DNA of 64,000 bases from Candidatus Bathyarchaeota archaeon (GTDB lineage Archaea > Thermoproteota > Bathyarchaeia > 40CM-2-53-6): NCBI GenBank assembly GCA_005888745.1, contig VBBS01000030.1, positions 140,175-204,174 on the forward strand, in the 5' to 3' direction. Positions 10,138 to 20,509 of this stretch are shown one piece after another. Both the position numbers and the translations under genes were made by a program. The notes below the pieces were generated by a model, which worked only from the letters and a program-made list of their open reading frames with translations, was not told the DNA's origin and did not search any database. The first letter of the stretch is position 1, and the number at the start of each line of letters is the position of its first letter.

Positions 10138-10739
10138 GCCTTCCCTTTCCCGGTTTTTTCGGGAGATAGGTTGACACTGATTCGGACGCCTTTGCCTTCG
10201 TAGCTTTGGCATTCGCAGTCGGATTGACCGGTACAGACTTCCCATTGGCCGCGATCATGTAGAAGAACATGAATTGGGTAGTCTCTTCTTTCCGATTGAG
10301 GGGATTCACTACCGCACGCGTCGCACCGGATTTCTAGGGTGCTGATGAAAGACTTGCCGTGATGGCGTCCTGGGGAAAGCTCATCGGTTCCAAAGGAACC
10401 ATAGGTTCTTCCGAAGTTGTGGCCAGTAGCGTTGTAGTGCTGCTTTCGTACTCGTTCGACGAAAGTCACCAATCCTTTGAATTTGCCAAAGTCTTCTTCG
10501 AACTGTTCGGGGAGCTTCTCGAGGACTGATTGGTTGGTAGTAGACTGGTTCCTAGTCTCTGGGGGTTGGATTTGGTTGGCTCGTTCGGCGAGGTTGTAAA
10601 CTCTTCCCGTCATATTCCTGGTTGTCTCGGAGAGGCCATTTGCTGATGCTTCTTTGAGGAGCTTACGAAGCTGGTTTTCGAGGTCTTTTAGCGTCTGTTG
10701 GAATTCAAGGAACTCTTTCGTCCTCAGCGCCGATGACAT
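10134..10739 (-). CDS. Hypothetical protein with an N-terminal coiled coil and a C-terminal Cys/His cluster, immediately downstream of atpD.
   Basis: C-terminal CDACGSE...HVLLHDRGQWEVCTGQSDCEC cluster (possible metal site). N-terminal heptad-like LKDLENQLRKLLKE. Confidence 0.4.
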   Translation of the reverse strand: MSSALRTKEFLEFQQTLKDLENQLRKLLKEASANGLSETTRNMTGRVYNLAERANQIQPPETRNQSTTNQSVLEKLPEQFEEDFGKFKGLVTFVERVRKQHYNATGHNFGRTYGSFGTDELSPGRHHGKSFISTLEIRCDACGSESPQSERRDYPIHVLLHDRGQWEVCTGQSDCECQSYEGKGVRISVNLSPEKTGKGKA

Positions 10740-10810
10740 AGGTTCGAGAGTAAGGAGTCGGGAAAATTAGAGATGTTGTTACCCGAGAACCGCGGTGCCT
10801 CGCATAGAGG

Positions 10811-11479
10811 CTAGGTCGAGATCTGTGGGACTTTTACGGTTTCCTCTTCTTCCTCTTCCAGACGTGTCTTGATCCGTTTCAACCGGAAGAAGTCTTCTCT
10901 AGATCTCTCCTGTAAACTCATCTCGATGTACCGGATTGTGTTCTCGATTCTCGGGACGACAATGTTTTCTAGGCTGTTGACCCGTCTCTTGGTGGCGGAG
11001 ATTGCTTCAGCGAGTCTTCGAATGGCGGCTTCGGCCGCTGACAGCTCGACTACGTTCTTGATGGCTTCCGTCATTAGCGCGACTGCTTCATCGAGTTTGG
11101 CGCTGCTTCCGATCATGGAATATGGAAATCCTTCAAGAGCTTTCAGTTTTACCGAGACGTGGGGTATTGATACGCCGATGACGTTTCTGGTCGACGCGTC
11201 GACATCAAACCGATCCTGGGTTGTTAGCGATGTTTCCTCAACTCTATTGAAGCCCATGAGCATCTGGGCCTCGGTGAACTTCTCGTAAGCCTGGAACAAA
11301 AGGTCCTGCGTCTTCTGGCGTAGAGCGGTGATTTCGCGGGCGAACTGGAAGAACTCGATCATCAACGCGTCCAATTTCTCCCGTAACAGGTCTCCGCCTC
11401 TTTGTGCAATACGTCGTCGTCGCCGGAGGGCGATAAGCTCCATCCGGGTTGGACGAGCGCCCGCGACGACCTCCGACAC
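10811..11479 (-). CDS. atpD: A/V-type ATP synthase subunit D
   Basis: TRMELIALRRRRRIAQRGGDLLREKLDALMIEF is the canonical subunit D N-terminus. Protein is 222 aa. Confidence 0.85.
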   Translation of the reverse strand: MSEVVAGARPTRMELIALRRRRRIAQRGGDLLREKLDALMIEFFQFAREITALRQKTQDLLFQAYEKFTEAQMLMGFNRVEETSLTTQDRFDVDASTRNVIGVSIPHVSVKLKALEGFPYSMIGSSAKLDEAVALMTEAIKNVVELSAAEAAIRRLAEAISATKRRVNSLENIVVPRIENTIRYIEMSLQERSREDFFRLKRIKTRLEEEEEETVKVPQIST

Positions 11480-14007
11480 TACGAGGTCTTCCCACGATAT
11501 TTCGGATGATATTTCTTGATCGTAGCTGGGTCGATACGCTTCAGCTCGCTTTCAGGCAAGACACTAAGCAGATTCCAGCCAAGATCAAGGGTCGCATCGA
11601 TATCGCGATTCTCGTACAGCCCTTGATTGATGAACTTCTTCTCGAAACTGTCCGCAAAACCCAGGTAGAGCTTGTCTCGGGCAGAGAGAGCCTCTTCACC
11701 GATGACGGCGACGAGGTCACGGAAGCTTCGTCCCTCCGCATAGGCATAGTAGAGCTGGTCCGAGACTTCACGATGATCCTCTCGGGTCCGACCCTTTCCA
11801 ATACCCTCCTTCATCAACCGCGAGAGAGAGGGTGCAGGGTCGATAGGCGGGTAGATGCCTTTCCGGTGTAATCCTCGATCAATGTAGATCTGCCCCTCGG
11901 TGATATACCCGGTGAGGTCGGGGATGGGATGAGTCACATCATCCCCGGGCATTGTAAGAATCGGCATCTGCGTAATCGAGCCTTTACTACCATGAAGTCT
12001 TCCCGCTCTCTCATAGATTGTAGAGAGATCCGTATTGTGGAGAAGTAGAAGACCGCAGGCATCTACGAAGTTGTCGGATCCTTCAACGTCGATGTCGTAG
12101 ACCCACTCCTCTGTGGGTTCGACCTGCTCCATCTCTTTGATCTTTACACAGTCGGTGTCGTTTGGCGAGGCCGTTTGGCTTCTCACGAATGTCGAGAGGT
12201 AGACTTGGTGGGCTTTTCCTCCGACACCCGCGGGAGTGAGTGACGGTGACCGGTCAGGATACAGCGTACGACACGAGAAAATGAGATCGTCACGGAACCC
12301 CGGGCATATAGTAGTCATGCCGTATTGTTTCGTCTTGTACCGGGCGTTTTGCGAAAATCCGCTTCCATCATAGTACGTTTTGAAGAACGCCCCTCGGATT
12401 GGCCTTGGGGCAGAGAGAATGGCGCTGGGTATCCGTTTGTGGGAAGCTCGATGACCGCATCCCAGCGAGTCATTGAGAAAGTCGTACGCGTGTTTGCGTT
12501 GGGTTCCAACCCTCCAAGTTCCTGACCTCTTGTCACCGATCTGAATAGTAGGCGGGGCTCTTCCAAAGACACTTGTGTAGCATTCAGCTGAGTCATCGAT
12601 GAACTCTGTAGAGTTGTTGTTGATGAGAACTTGGTGTACCCATTTATCGTGCCTGCGACTGTACCACCGAGAGGAGTGACCTTCGGAAACGTAGTAGCCA
12701 AGGTATCTAGCAAGTTCCGGTGTTAGGGCAATCTGCCGATGGAACCGTTTCTTTACGCTTGGAATCTCAACAGTTTCCCTGGAAACCCGGTCCTCCGGGA
12801 TTTTCGCCACATGTGCGAGCGAGTCGCCAACTCCAAGCCGCCCAGCTTCCACAGCTGACAGTTGTCCGTCCTTGGCACTGAAGACGCTGTGGTTGGGAGT
12901 TACGATTGTTTCTCCGAGTTGCGTCTTGATGCGCGTAAGCCGACCTTTGTACGGGTGCCGAACAATATGTCTGACTGGGCGGAACCCGCTCCTGCCGTCG
13001 GTTGTCGTGGAGAGCGCGCACCATCCGTCGATCTTCTTCCTCTCTACGGTCCCATCGTTCTGGAGGGGACTTTCTATCATTTTGAAGAATTCGCTTAGAG
13101 AAACGATTCTAACTGAGCCTTCAGGATCTCGAAGGACAACTCTACGGCTTCCATCGACACTATACATGTAGCCAGGGTATCCTCGGCGTCCCGGAACTTC
13201 TTCTCTGGCTGCGGAAATTTCTCGGAGAGCTTCTGCATAGTTTGTCATGTCGGTAAGAATGACCAGGACGTGGGTTCCAAGTTTGACAGCGAAATATTCG
13301 GCGGCGGTAAGCGCCAACCTCGGAGTCAGTATTCGTTCGATGGCAGGGTCGTCGGCTAGGTTGACGAACATAGTTACGTGGTCGAAGGCGCCTTGTTTCT
13401 CGAAGTCGTCTCTGAAAAAGCGTGCTTCGTCTGCGGTGATTCCCATTGCTGCGAAGACCGTTGTGAACGGTTCGTCTGTGCCTCGGACCTTGGCTTGGCG
13501 GGCGATCTGAGCCGCGATTTGGTTGTGTGGCAGTCCGGATGCGGAGAATAGTGGGAGTTTCTGGCCTCGGACGAGTGTGTTCATTCCATCAATGGCGGAG
13601 ACGCCTGTTTGGATGAACTCTCTAGGATATTCGCGGGCGAAAGGGTTGATGGGGCTGCCGTTTACATCGAGATAATCGTCAGGGATGATTCTCGGACCGC
13701 CGTCAGTCGGTCGGCCGCTGCCGTCGAAGATCCGTCCGAGCATGTCCTGTGAGACGGGGAGTTTCACTGTTTCTCCGGTGAAACGAACAGTTGTTGCGGA
13801 AACGTCGAGTCCCGACGTTCCTTCGAAGATCTGGACGACTGCAACGCCGCCGCCAACTTCTAGGACTTGTCCTCTTCTTTCTTCGCCGCTTGGAGTCCTG
13901 ATTCGCGCTAGCTCGCCGTATCCTACTCCCCTTACCTGTTCGACGAAGATGAGGGGTCCGGATATTTCCCGTACTGTTCTATACTCGAGACCTGCGAGCG
14001 AGACCAT
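11479..14007 (-). CDS. atpB: A/V-type ATP synthase subunit B interrupted by an intein (842 aa precursor; about 466 aa of extein).
   Basis: The extein sequence ...[14 protein letters not shown] / [12 protein letters not shown] is contiguous in normal B subunits. The N- and C-terminal regions are typical of subunit B. Confidence 0.85.
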   Translation of the reverse strand: MVSLAGLEYRTVREISGPLIFVEQVRGVGYGELARIRTPSGEERRGQVLEVGGGVAVVQIFEGTSGLDVSATTVRFTGETVKLPVSQDMLGRIFDGSGRPTDGGPRIIPDDYLDVNGSPINPFAREYPREFIQTGVSAIDGMNTLVRGQKLPLFSASGLPHNQIAAQIARQAKVRGTDEPFTTVFAAMGITADEARFFRDDFEKQGAFDHVTMFVNLADDPAIERILTPRLALTAAEYFAVKLGTHVLVILTDMTNYAEALREISAAREEVPGRRGYPGYMYSVDGSRRVVLRDPEGSVRIVSLSEFFKMIESPLQNDGTVERKKIDGWCALSTTTDGRSGFRPVRHIVRHPYKGRLTRIKTQLGETIVTPNHSVFSAKDGQLSAVEAGRLGVGDSLAHVAKIPEDRVSRETVEIPSVKKRFHRQIALTPELARYLGYYVSEGHSSRWYSRRHDKWVHQVLINNNSTEFIDDSAECYTSVFGRAPPTIQIGDKRSGTWRVGTQRKHAYDFLNDSLGCGHRASHKRIPSAILSAPRPIRGAFFKTYYDGSGFSQNARYKTKQYGMTTICPGFRDDLIFSCRTLYPDRSPSLTPAGVGGKAHQVYLSTFVRSQTASPNDTDCVKIKEMEQVEPTEEWVYDIDVEGSDNFVDACGLLLLHNTDLSTIYERAGRLHGSKGSITQMPILTMPGDDVTHPIPDLTGYITEGQIYIDRGLHRKGIYPPIDPAPSLSRLMKEGIGKGRTREDHREVSDQLYYAYAEGRSFRDLVAVIGEEALSARDKLYLGFADSFEKKFINQGLYENRDIDATLDLGWNLLSVLPESELKRIDPATIKKYHPKYRGKTS
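12034..13161 (-). other. Intein in atpB (about 376 aa) with a LAGLIDADG homing endonuclease. Ser1 is the nucleophile, the C-terminus is HN, and the +1 residue is Thr.
   Basis: Starts [10 protein letters not shown] (block A). TPNHSV (block B). [11 protein letters not shown] and [22 protein letters not shown] motifs. Ends LLLHN / [11 protein letters not shown]. Junction codons were checked against the DNA. Confidence 0.75.
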
Positions 14008-14008
14008 T

Positions 14009-17000
14009 CTATTTCGCCTTGACGGCGGGCGCCTTTAGGCTCTGGAACTCTTGGTCGAGGCGCTCGTTCAAAGATTGGGAGTAGTCAGTGAACTTTTCCG
14101 CAGCAGTGAGTCTCATGCGGCTGATATCGTTCTTGACCGGCAGCTCGAGAACTTTCTGGAGTTGGATGTTTTCGTCGACTGCTTTCTGCATCAGGTTGTA
14201 GTAGTGGAGGATTGTACGTATCATATTGTAGGTCTTCGTCTTGTCGCAGTAACTGTCGGCGGGGTTGTAGGATTGCTGCATTAGGAAGTCTTCCTTGATC
14301 ATCTTCGCAGCTTCCAAGATAACCCGTTGTCCCTCAGACAGGGCGTCAGGACCGACGAGCATGACGATCTCGCGAAGCTCCTCATCGCGCTGGAGAAGAT
14401 ACATTGCTACTTTCCGCAAATCAACCCATTCTGGTCCAACTTCTTTCGGATACCAAGTCTCGAGAGTGTCCAGATAGAGAGAATAGCTCGTCAGCCAATT
14501 GATGGCGGGGAAGTGGCGTCTCTTGGCAAGCTCGGAGTCGAGAGCCCAGAAGACCTTGACTATCCGGAGGGTGTTCTGGGTTATTGGCTCTGAGAAGTCT
14601 CCCCCAGGCGGAGAAACAGCGCCGATGACACTGATCGAGCCTTGCTTGGATTCAGATCCCAGGACCTCTAGTCGTCCCGATCTTTCGTAAAAGTCGGCGA
14701 GGCGGGATGCAAGATATGCTGGGTAGCCTTCTTCACCAGGCATCTCCTCTAGACGACCGGATATCTCTCTGAGGGCTTCTGCCCATCTGCTTGTAGAATC
14801 TGCCATCAACGCGGTGTCGTAGCCCATGTCGCGGAAGTATTCTGCGATCGTGATACCTGTGTAGACGCTTGCTTCCCGAGCGGCGATGGGCATGTTCGAA
14901 GTGTTTGCGACTAGTGTCGTTCGGTTCATGAGCGGTTGTCCAGTGCGAGGATCGAGAAGTGTCGGGAATGTTTCAAGAACTTCCGCCATCTCATTTCCTC
15001 TCTCACCACAGCCAACATAAACGATGACTTGCGCGTCGGCGAATTTTGCCAAAGCCTGCTGGAGGACTGTATTGTGGCAGACCATAGGTCCCCATCCAGC
15101 GATGAAATTCTCGTAACCTGGGACCGTGATGTCGTAGACTTCAGAGCTGGTAGTGATTTGTCGGATTTCGGAAATCTCGTCGAAGAAAGAAAAGTCGGAT
15201 AATTCTGAGAGTTTCTCGAGCTTCTTCAGCGCTGTATTTTCGTTCGCGCCTGGCGCGGATTTGTCTTTGATTGCAGATATGAGGCGTCTGATTACTGTAA
15301 TGCCCGGTTTCTCTCCATGCGTTGTGTAGTTGTACATGTTGAAGCCAGATTTTCTCAGGCTCTTTCTTGATGTTTTACCAAGAGCTGCGGCCTCCGAAAG
15401 GACTGATGGGTCGATGGGGATGACGTCGACGTTGCTGTATCCTCGCTTGTCAAGCTTCAGGAAATGATCTATCTTCCTTAGGTATGGATACGGTCGTTGT
15501 TTCGGCAGAAATTGGTATAATTCGGAGATTGGTCGGCGTCCCTCAATACTCATGCGATGGTACGTGTGACCGCCGACTTCGCTGTGCCTTATTCTATGCA
15601 GCACTCCCAACCTTGTCAGCAGATAGGAAATTCCGAGGGCCATCTCCTCACTTGCAGTGGAGATCTCTAGAGTACCTTTGCTGAAGGATCCATCGCCGGC
15701 GATGTACCCTGCGAAGAATCCTCCGATCACCTTGTCCGGGGACATTGAGACAAGGTCCGGAACCCCTAGTGTGCGAGATTTCTTCTTCTTGGGGAACCCG
15801 ATACCGACCAGTAGATGGACCAGCGCTCTGCTGTCGATTTGAGCCAACAATCCTCCACTGTGCGTCCCGCGACGAGGGGTCAAACCAAACAGGTCGTTCG
15901 CTAGCCGGGAGAATCTGCGGAGTACCTGCTTGTCATTATTGAACAGGATAACCCTTCCCCGTCCTCGAAGCATGCCGTCAGAGAGGATTAGTCCGAGAAA
16001 CTCTGCCAGTTCCAGCGTCATTTCCTTGGGGAGTTTTATGCTCCAGCCTTGTCGCTGAGCTCTGACGGACCCAACCGGAATCTTCTTACCTGTGGCCTTT
16101 GCAAGGCGCCTCAAGAAGCCGAGAGTGGGCCTCGCCCTTCTTCTCCAACAGTTCAGGAGACTCTTGTAGCTCACATCGAGGTTCCTCGCAAGGACTTTGA
16201 GGGCCATATCCGCTGTCAGGCTCTCTATGGTTGCGACCATCATCCTGATGGCTTTGGGATCGTCGACTCTGGTGTCGTCAGGTAGGAGTTTGTAAGGGTC
16301 GATCGGTTTCTGATCTAGACTGAGTGCGATCTTTCTTGGTGTTAGAAGGTATGCTCCGGGCCGGAGTAGTTTGGCAGAGGTCTCTTCTATTGTGCCGTCG
16401 CGGCGTAGTTGCTGGAGCTTGTGAACAGGGGTGACCCTTACCCTGCGCCCGCTGCGGGTCTGAATTTCGAGCAGTTCATTGGTGGACCCTTTGTAGCCCA
16501 TTGAGGCCTCGGCCTTTGTGAACTCGGGGTTGGATAGGGATACAACTCTAGGAGGGTTGGAATAAGAATAGAGAGTCTCATCTCCGTTGTCATCGAAGGC
16601 CTGCGAATTCCCATTATCTCGCACAAGCTCTCGGATTCTCCTTATCCTGCCATCAGCAAGCAGGACGGGAGTCTCTCCGTCCATGCACTTTCCACTTCCG
16701 AACGGTCCGGGAACGGCTGCTGTTCCGCCTTTGGCGACGGGGAAGAAGAAGTCGATGATGCGTTGGCCAGTTATGAGTGGGATTTCGGACGGGAGCTTGC
16801 GTTTGAAGGGCCTGGCGATTCGTACGGGCCAGGTGTGCATCATGAACAATGAGACGGGTCCCGTCTTGGTCTCCAGTTCACCGATCGGCTCGGTGATCGT
16901 ATAGTCGCCTTCTGGGACGATTGAGATGATCTTTCCGGACTGGTTTGGCGGGACCATTATCCGCTGCGTGATCAGGGTTGTCTCTTTGACAGTCCCTAGA

Positions 17001-17410
17001 ACATCACCACCGGAAACCTCTACTCCTCTATCCGCGGTTGGTACGAAGTGCCACTTTTTTGATCGGTCGATCGCGGCAGGGGCAAGGCCTCTTTTGATGA
17101 AGGGTCCAGTCTTTTCAAAAAGAACTGTTAGTGGGCGTTGGATCCCGTCATAGATCTGGCCTAGGATCCCGGGTCCGAGCTCGACGGACAGTGGTTTGCC
17201 TGTGCGTTCTACTTTTTCGCCGGGTCGGAGGCCGGCGGTTTCCTCGTAGACTTGGACTGTGGCGTTTTCGCCGTCTATCTTGATGATCTCGCCGATGAGG
17301 CCTAGGTCGCCGACGCGGACGACTTCGTGCATTTGGGCGCCTAGCATTCCTTCGGCGACAATGACGGGGCCCGCGACCCGTGCGACTTTTCCAGGCTTGA
17401 AGTCAGGCAT
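14009..17410 (-). CDS. atpA: A/V-type ATP synthase catalytic subunit A interrupted by an intein (1133 aa precursor; 594 aa of extein).
   Basis: The P-loop GPFGSGK is followed directly by the intein. The extein resumes [29 protein letters not shown]- and C-terminal domains are typical of subunit A. Confidence 0.9.
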   Translation of the reverse strand: MPDFKPGKVARVAGPVIVAEGMLGAQMHEVVRVGDLGLIGEIIKIDGENATVQVYEETAGLRPGEKVERTGKPLSVELGPGILGQIYDGIQRPLTVLFEKTGPFIKRGLAPAAIDRSKKWHFVPTADRGVEVSGGDVLGTVKETTLITQRIMVPPNQSGKIISIVPEGDYTITEPIGELETKTGPVSLFMMHTWPVRIARPFKRKLPSEIPLITGQRIIDFFFPVAKGGTAAVPGPFGSGKCMDGETPVLLADGRIRRIRELVRDNGNSQAFDDNGDETLYSYSNPPRVVSLSNPEFTKAEASMGYKGSTNELLEIQTRSGRRVRVTPVHKLQQLRRDGTIEETSAKLLRPGAYLLTPRKIALSLDQKPIDPYKLLPDDTRVDDPKAIRMMVATIESLTADMALKVLARNLDVSYKSLLNCWRRRARPTLGFLRRLAKATGKKIPVGSVRAQRQGWSIKLPKEMTLELAEFLGLILSDGMLRGRGRVILFNNDKQVLRRFSRLANDLFGLTPRRGTHSGGLLAQIDSRALVHLLVGIGFPKKKKSRTLGVPDLVSMSPDKVIGGFFAGYIAGDGSFSKGTLEISTASEEMALGISYLLTRLGVLHRIRHSEVGGHTYHRMSIEGRRPISELYQFLPKQRPYPYLRKIDHFLKLDKRGYSNVDVIPIDPSVLSEAAALGKTSRKSLRKSGFNMYNYTTHGEKPGITVIRRLISAIKDKSAPGANENTALKKLEKLSELSDFSFFDEISEIRQITTSSEVYDITVPGYENFIAGWGPMVCHNTVLQQALAKFADAQVIVYVGCGERGNEMAEVLETFPTLLDPRTGQPLMNRTTLVANTSNMPIAAREASVYTGITIAEYFRDMGYDTALMADSTSRWAEALREISGRLEEMPGEEGYPAYLASRLADFYERSGRLEVLGSESKQGSISVIGAVSPPGGDFSEPITQNTLRIVKVFWALDSELAKRRHFPAINWLTSYSLYLDTLETWYPKEVGPEWVDLRKVAMYLLQRDEELREIVMLVGPDALSEGQRVILEAAKMIKEDFLMQQSYNPADSYCDKTKTYNMIRTILHYYNLMQKAVDENIQLQKVLELPVKNDISRMRLTAAEKFTDYSQSLNERLDQEFQSLKAPAVKAK
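15071..16687 (-). other. Intein in atpA (539 aa) inserted in the P-loop at the classical VMA/AtpA-a site, with a LAGLIDADG endonuclease. The N-terminal boundary is good to within 1-2 nt.
   Basis: [13 protein letters not shown] (block A, Cys1). TPVHKL (block B). [14 protein letters not shown] and [21 protein letters not shown] motifs. Ends WGPMVCHN / TVLQQ. The C-terminal junction was checked against the DNA. Confidence 0.8.
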
Positions 17411-17525
17411 TGAAACGTGACCTTGGGAGTGATGAAGGGTCGAGTTTCTGGCCGGTTGTCATTAAAACCTTCCTCGTTACAGCATTGGTTACGCCAACCT
17501 CATAGCCAACGGCTGGGGTGGACGC

Positions 17526-18158
17526 TTGTTATCGCATCCTTTCCCTTCAAAGAGTGATTGTGAATTGTTTAGAGGAGTAGCATCGAGAACCCCACTGTCC
17601 AGCTTCAAACGCCTCATACAGATCCTGGTAATTGGATCTGATGGTGATCATTGTCCCGAGAGCACCTATGCGGCGGCAAAGGAGGTCGGTGCAGAGATAG
17701 CTTCTAGGGGAGCTGTTCTAGTTACAGGGGGCCTTGGTGGAGTCATGGAGGCTGCTTGCAGAGGGGCGAAAGAGAAGGGCGGAATGGTCGTGGGAATTCT
17801 CCCGCAGGAAGACATGAGCTACGCGAACCCCTATTGTGATATCATCGTCCCAACAGGAATGGGATTCTCACGGAACTACGTGACAGCATACTCTGCTGAC
17901 TCTGCGATCGTGGTCGGTGGAGGAGCGGGAACCTACGTGGAAGCACTGGTCGCCTACCAAAAAGGAAAACCAATAGTCGCCCTGAAGGGAACGGGTGGAA
18001 CGGCGGACAAGATCGCGGACAGCTACCTTGACGATCGGAAAACAGTGAAAGTCATGGCCGCCCCAACACCCAAAGACGCCGTGGACCAAGCACTAGACCA
18101 CGCCCTCAACGGCAAAAGAGGCATCCGCTACTTTCAAAGCGTAGCAAAGATGCTGTGA
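17526..18158 (+). CDS. LOG/TIGR00725-family Rossmann-fold nucleotide-binding protein (SLOG superfamily)
   Basis: GGLGGVMEAACRGAKEKGGMVVGILP and PTGMGFS...VVGGGAGT motifs are typical of the TIGR00725/LOG family. Confidence 0.55.
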   Translation: MLSHPFPSKSDCELFRGVASRTPLSSFKRLIQILVIGSDGDHCPESTYAAAKEVGAEIASRGAVLVTGGLGGVMEAACRGAKEKGGMVVGILPQEDMSYANPYCDIIVPTGMGFSRNYVTAYSADSAIVVGGGAGTYVEALVAYQKGKPIVALKGTGGTADKIADSYLDDRKTVKVMAAPTPKDAVDQALDHALNGKRGIRYFQSVAKML

Positions 18159-18351
18159 CTATCCTAAGCTCTTAGACAAATCATGACATCTAAGCCTTCG
18201 AATCAGAGGAAGCTCTGAAGGTCATCGCCTCCCTGCCCCAATGACACCCTAGACCAAGCATTAGACCGTACCCTCAAATGGCAAAAGAGGAATACGATAC
18301 TTCGGTTCTGTAAACTCTTCGGTTGCTTTTTTTGGGTGATAGCTTCGGCCA

Positions 18352-18701
18352 CCTCTAACTGTAATGTTCAAGGAACGCCTGATTATTACATTAGGCGGTC
18401 GTCGTATGAGCCTGTCACACTGGGATGAGGGGAGTGACTCCGACCACGTGACAGGTCTAAATTTGGATGGCCGGTTCGCTGGCCACCGTAACATCCCTGC
18501 CTGGCAACGGGCCAAGCTACCACGCTATGGGCGTGAGGGGGCGGTTGAGGTTCGACCGTTCCCTGCCAAAAAGAGACTACTCGTCTCTGAGGCGCAAGGG
18601 CTCTCAGGTGAAGCAATGAACGGGAACTCGATGACGACGGTAATCCCCGGAGTCGATGAGAGCAAGCCAAGTCCTCGAGCAACCGAAGACTTGACAGAAC
18701 C
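18352..18701 (+). repeat. Copy 1 of a roughly 350-nt structured repeat, probably a non-coding RNA or MITE-like element. It runs from ctctaactgtaatgttcaagg to gacagaacc.
   Basis: Roughly 85% identical (estimated by eye) to the reverse complement of 48749..49098 over its full length, and to 24765..24843 over its 3-prime 80 nt. Differences cluster in hairpin loops or are compensatory, for example gagacTACTCgtctc versus gagacTATGTgtctc. Confidence 0.6.
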
Positions 18702-18828
18702 GAGAACGTTAACCAAGGGGGTGGGAGGGGGAGGCCCATGTCTGCCCTGAGTGGTTCCACGGGATTCCACGCGTGGAGCGGTGATAAGACCGGTCGATTT
18801 CTTCGATAAGATCATGATCTTGGTTTAG

Positions 18829-19371
18829 CTAGGCAGTCCGGGATCCCGATTGTGTGTCCAACCATCCAGCGATTTCTGACAGCTCCTTCTCCTGCTTTCG
18901 TATGCCCGGTAATTCATAGATTGTTGGGTTCAACCTCTCGAATATCTTGCTGAGGGATCGTGAAAGCAACAAGAACGCTCTGACCCATTCTTCGACCAAG
19001 ACATCTCCGACATACTCTGATTGCGGGTACCTAATTCCCTGAACGGGCCCGTAATGGCCGTCCACCTCAACAAATACTCTAAGGAAATTTCCTATCCGGT
19101 TGAGGCGAAAACCGAACCCAGTTCCGGTCAGCCAGTATCTGTATGTCCCCTCTGACTTGCTTGTGAGGTCGTGGATCAATCTGAGAGTCACCCGTATTTT
19201 CTCCTCTCTGAAGTGCATGATTACAGTGTTCTTTACACTATCCAGCCCAAGAGACCGGAACACGTTCTTTCCCTCGATCTTTACAACTAGAGTTGGCTCA
19301 AAGATGTCGTAGCCGTTTTCATGCTTGACTTCTTCGTTACTGATGCCAGAAAGAATGAACTCACAGGTCAT
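18829..19371 (-). CDS. Hypothetical protein
   Basis: 180-aa ORF with no recognisable motif. Confidence 0.35.
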   Translation of the reverse strand: MTCEFILSGISNEEVKHENGYDIFEPTLVVKIEGKNVFRSLGLDSVKNTVIMHFREEKIRVTLRLIHDLTSKSEGTYRYWLTGTGFGFRLNRIGNFLRVFVEVDGHYGPVQGIRYPQSEYVGDVLVEEWVRAFLLLSRSLSKIFERLNPTIYELPGIRKQEKELSEIAGWLDTQSGSRTA

Positions 19372-19417
19372 TGATAATCACTGAACGGCCATGAATCCTC
19401 CGGGGAAACATTTCGTA

Positions 19418-20440
19418 TCATGGCTCGCGTCGGGCGGCCTTCAATGCCCGAATGGCGTTTAGTGTTATCATTCTGTTGGGGCCTTTTCGTCCCCAGTCCA
19501 CGATCTCCACGTTGGACACGTTCATTTTCGTCTTGGTCGATGGTGTCCCTCTCATACTCCAGTAGTAGTCGTCTGCTTGCCACAGTCCGTCGGGACCCCT
19601 CTTCTTCTCAACAATATCCAGCGCTTCCTTGGTTCGTGGGTCGTCTAGTTTTCCTGCTCGTGAGAGTATCGTGAGTTCTTGTAGAATGTCGCAGTGCCAG
19701 TACAGTGGATAGTGGAGCTGAGTGAATAGGTGAACAACTCGAAATGTCTTTGAGTGAAATGTCTCCGGCTGGCGTTCTAGGCCTGTGCGACATGAGCGAA
19801 AGAGGCGGTGCTTGAGGAAAAACTCGGCAGCATTCCCTGCCGTTTTTAGAGCGTCTTTGTCGCCGGTAGCCCGGTAGTATTCGACTAGCCCCCACAATGT
19901 CGACAGGCTCTCATTGAACGAGGAATGATGCGCATCCTCACTCCTATCACAGTTCCATCCTCCATCAGGCCACTGCCACTCGGCCAACGACTCAGCAAGT
20001 TTCACAACCCGCGGATCCTCTGCGAGACCCAGCCGGCTGCACACAGCCAACGCGTTGCCCTCTTGAGACGCACACCTCCGATATAGTCCATTGATCTTGG
20101 GAACATTCCGAAGATGAGCCTCACCCAGCAACCATTTCAGAACTAGATTCGTCGCCTTTACCGCCGGCCGAAACCCCGGAGGGATTCCAAGTTCGACGAG
20201 AGATACCAAGCGCCAGTGTGCGCCTGTCCACTTCTGGTAAGGATGGACCCCGAAACCACCATCAGCCTGCTGTCCAGAGAGGAGAGTTTTCACAATTGGT
20301 CCGTTAGGAATTTGTTTCTTGGCTGCGAGAACTTCTTTCGCATCTGAAGGTATATCGAGAATATCGGTGAGAGTGAGATATCGGATCGACGGGTCATCAG
20401 ATTCCAGAAGCCAGTTGACTATGGGGTCTTTGACGCTCAT
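19418..20440 (-). CDS. Alpha/alpha-toroid protein with prenyltransferase/squalene-cyclase-like repeats
   Basis: Repeated Q..DGG(W/F) motifs (QQADGGFG, QWPDGGWN, PDGLWQ) and aromatic-rich helices. Confidence 0.35.
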   Translation of the reverse strand: MSVKDPIVNWLLESDDPSIRYLTLTDILDIPSDAKEVLAAKKQIPNGPIVKTLLSGQQADGGFGVHPYQKWTGAHWRLVSLVELGIPPGFRPAVKATNLVLKWLLGEAHLRNVPKINGLYRRCASQEGNALAVCSRLGLAEDPRVVKLAESLAEWQWPDGGWNCDRSEDAHHSSFNESLSTLWGLVEYYRATGDKDALKTAGNAAEFFLKHRLFRSCRTGLERQPETFHSKTFRVVHLFTQLHYPLYWHCDILQELTILSRAGKLDDPRTKEALDIVEKKRGPDGLWQADDYYWSMRGTPSTKTKMNVSNVEIVDWGRKGPNRMITLNAIRALKAARREP

Positions 20441-20509
20441 GACTCAGAATTCCTAAGAGCGAGAAGATTGGAGGGGTTTGAGCGTAGAATATGTCGCAAA
20501 TTCAGTCGC

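Noticed and set aside
11244-11871. Small ORFs antisense to atpD/atpB/atpA (for example 11244..11495, 11449..11871, 12862..13098, 14051..14284)
   Set aside because: They overlap strongly supported ATPase reading frames on the opposite strand. Their compositions are Arg/Ser/Pro-biased, typical of shadow ORFs.
18620-18700. Hammerhead ribozyme or RNase P RNA within the repeat (the GTCGATGAG and GACAGAACC motifs)
   Set aside because: The hammerhead core needs CUGAUGA...GAAA, but the sequence here is CGAUGAG without the correct U4 and GAAA context. GACAGAACC resembles RNase P CR-V, but no CR-I (GGAAAGTCCGG) or P4 partner is present, and three copies of RNase P RNA are implausible.
18364-18750. ORFs overlapping the repeat copies (18364..18750 +, 18386..18760 -, 18525..18815 -, 48524..48925 +, 48609..48863 +, 48772..49044 -) as protein-coding genes
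   Set aside because: The corresponding translations from copy 1 and copy 3 differ by many non-conservative substitutions, while the nucleotide changes preserve hairpins. Several ORFs overlap each other on both strands. They are interpreted as spurious ORFs over a structured repeat.
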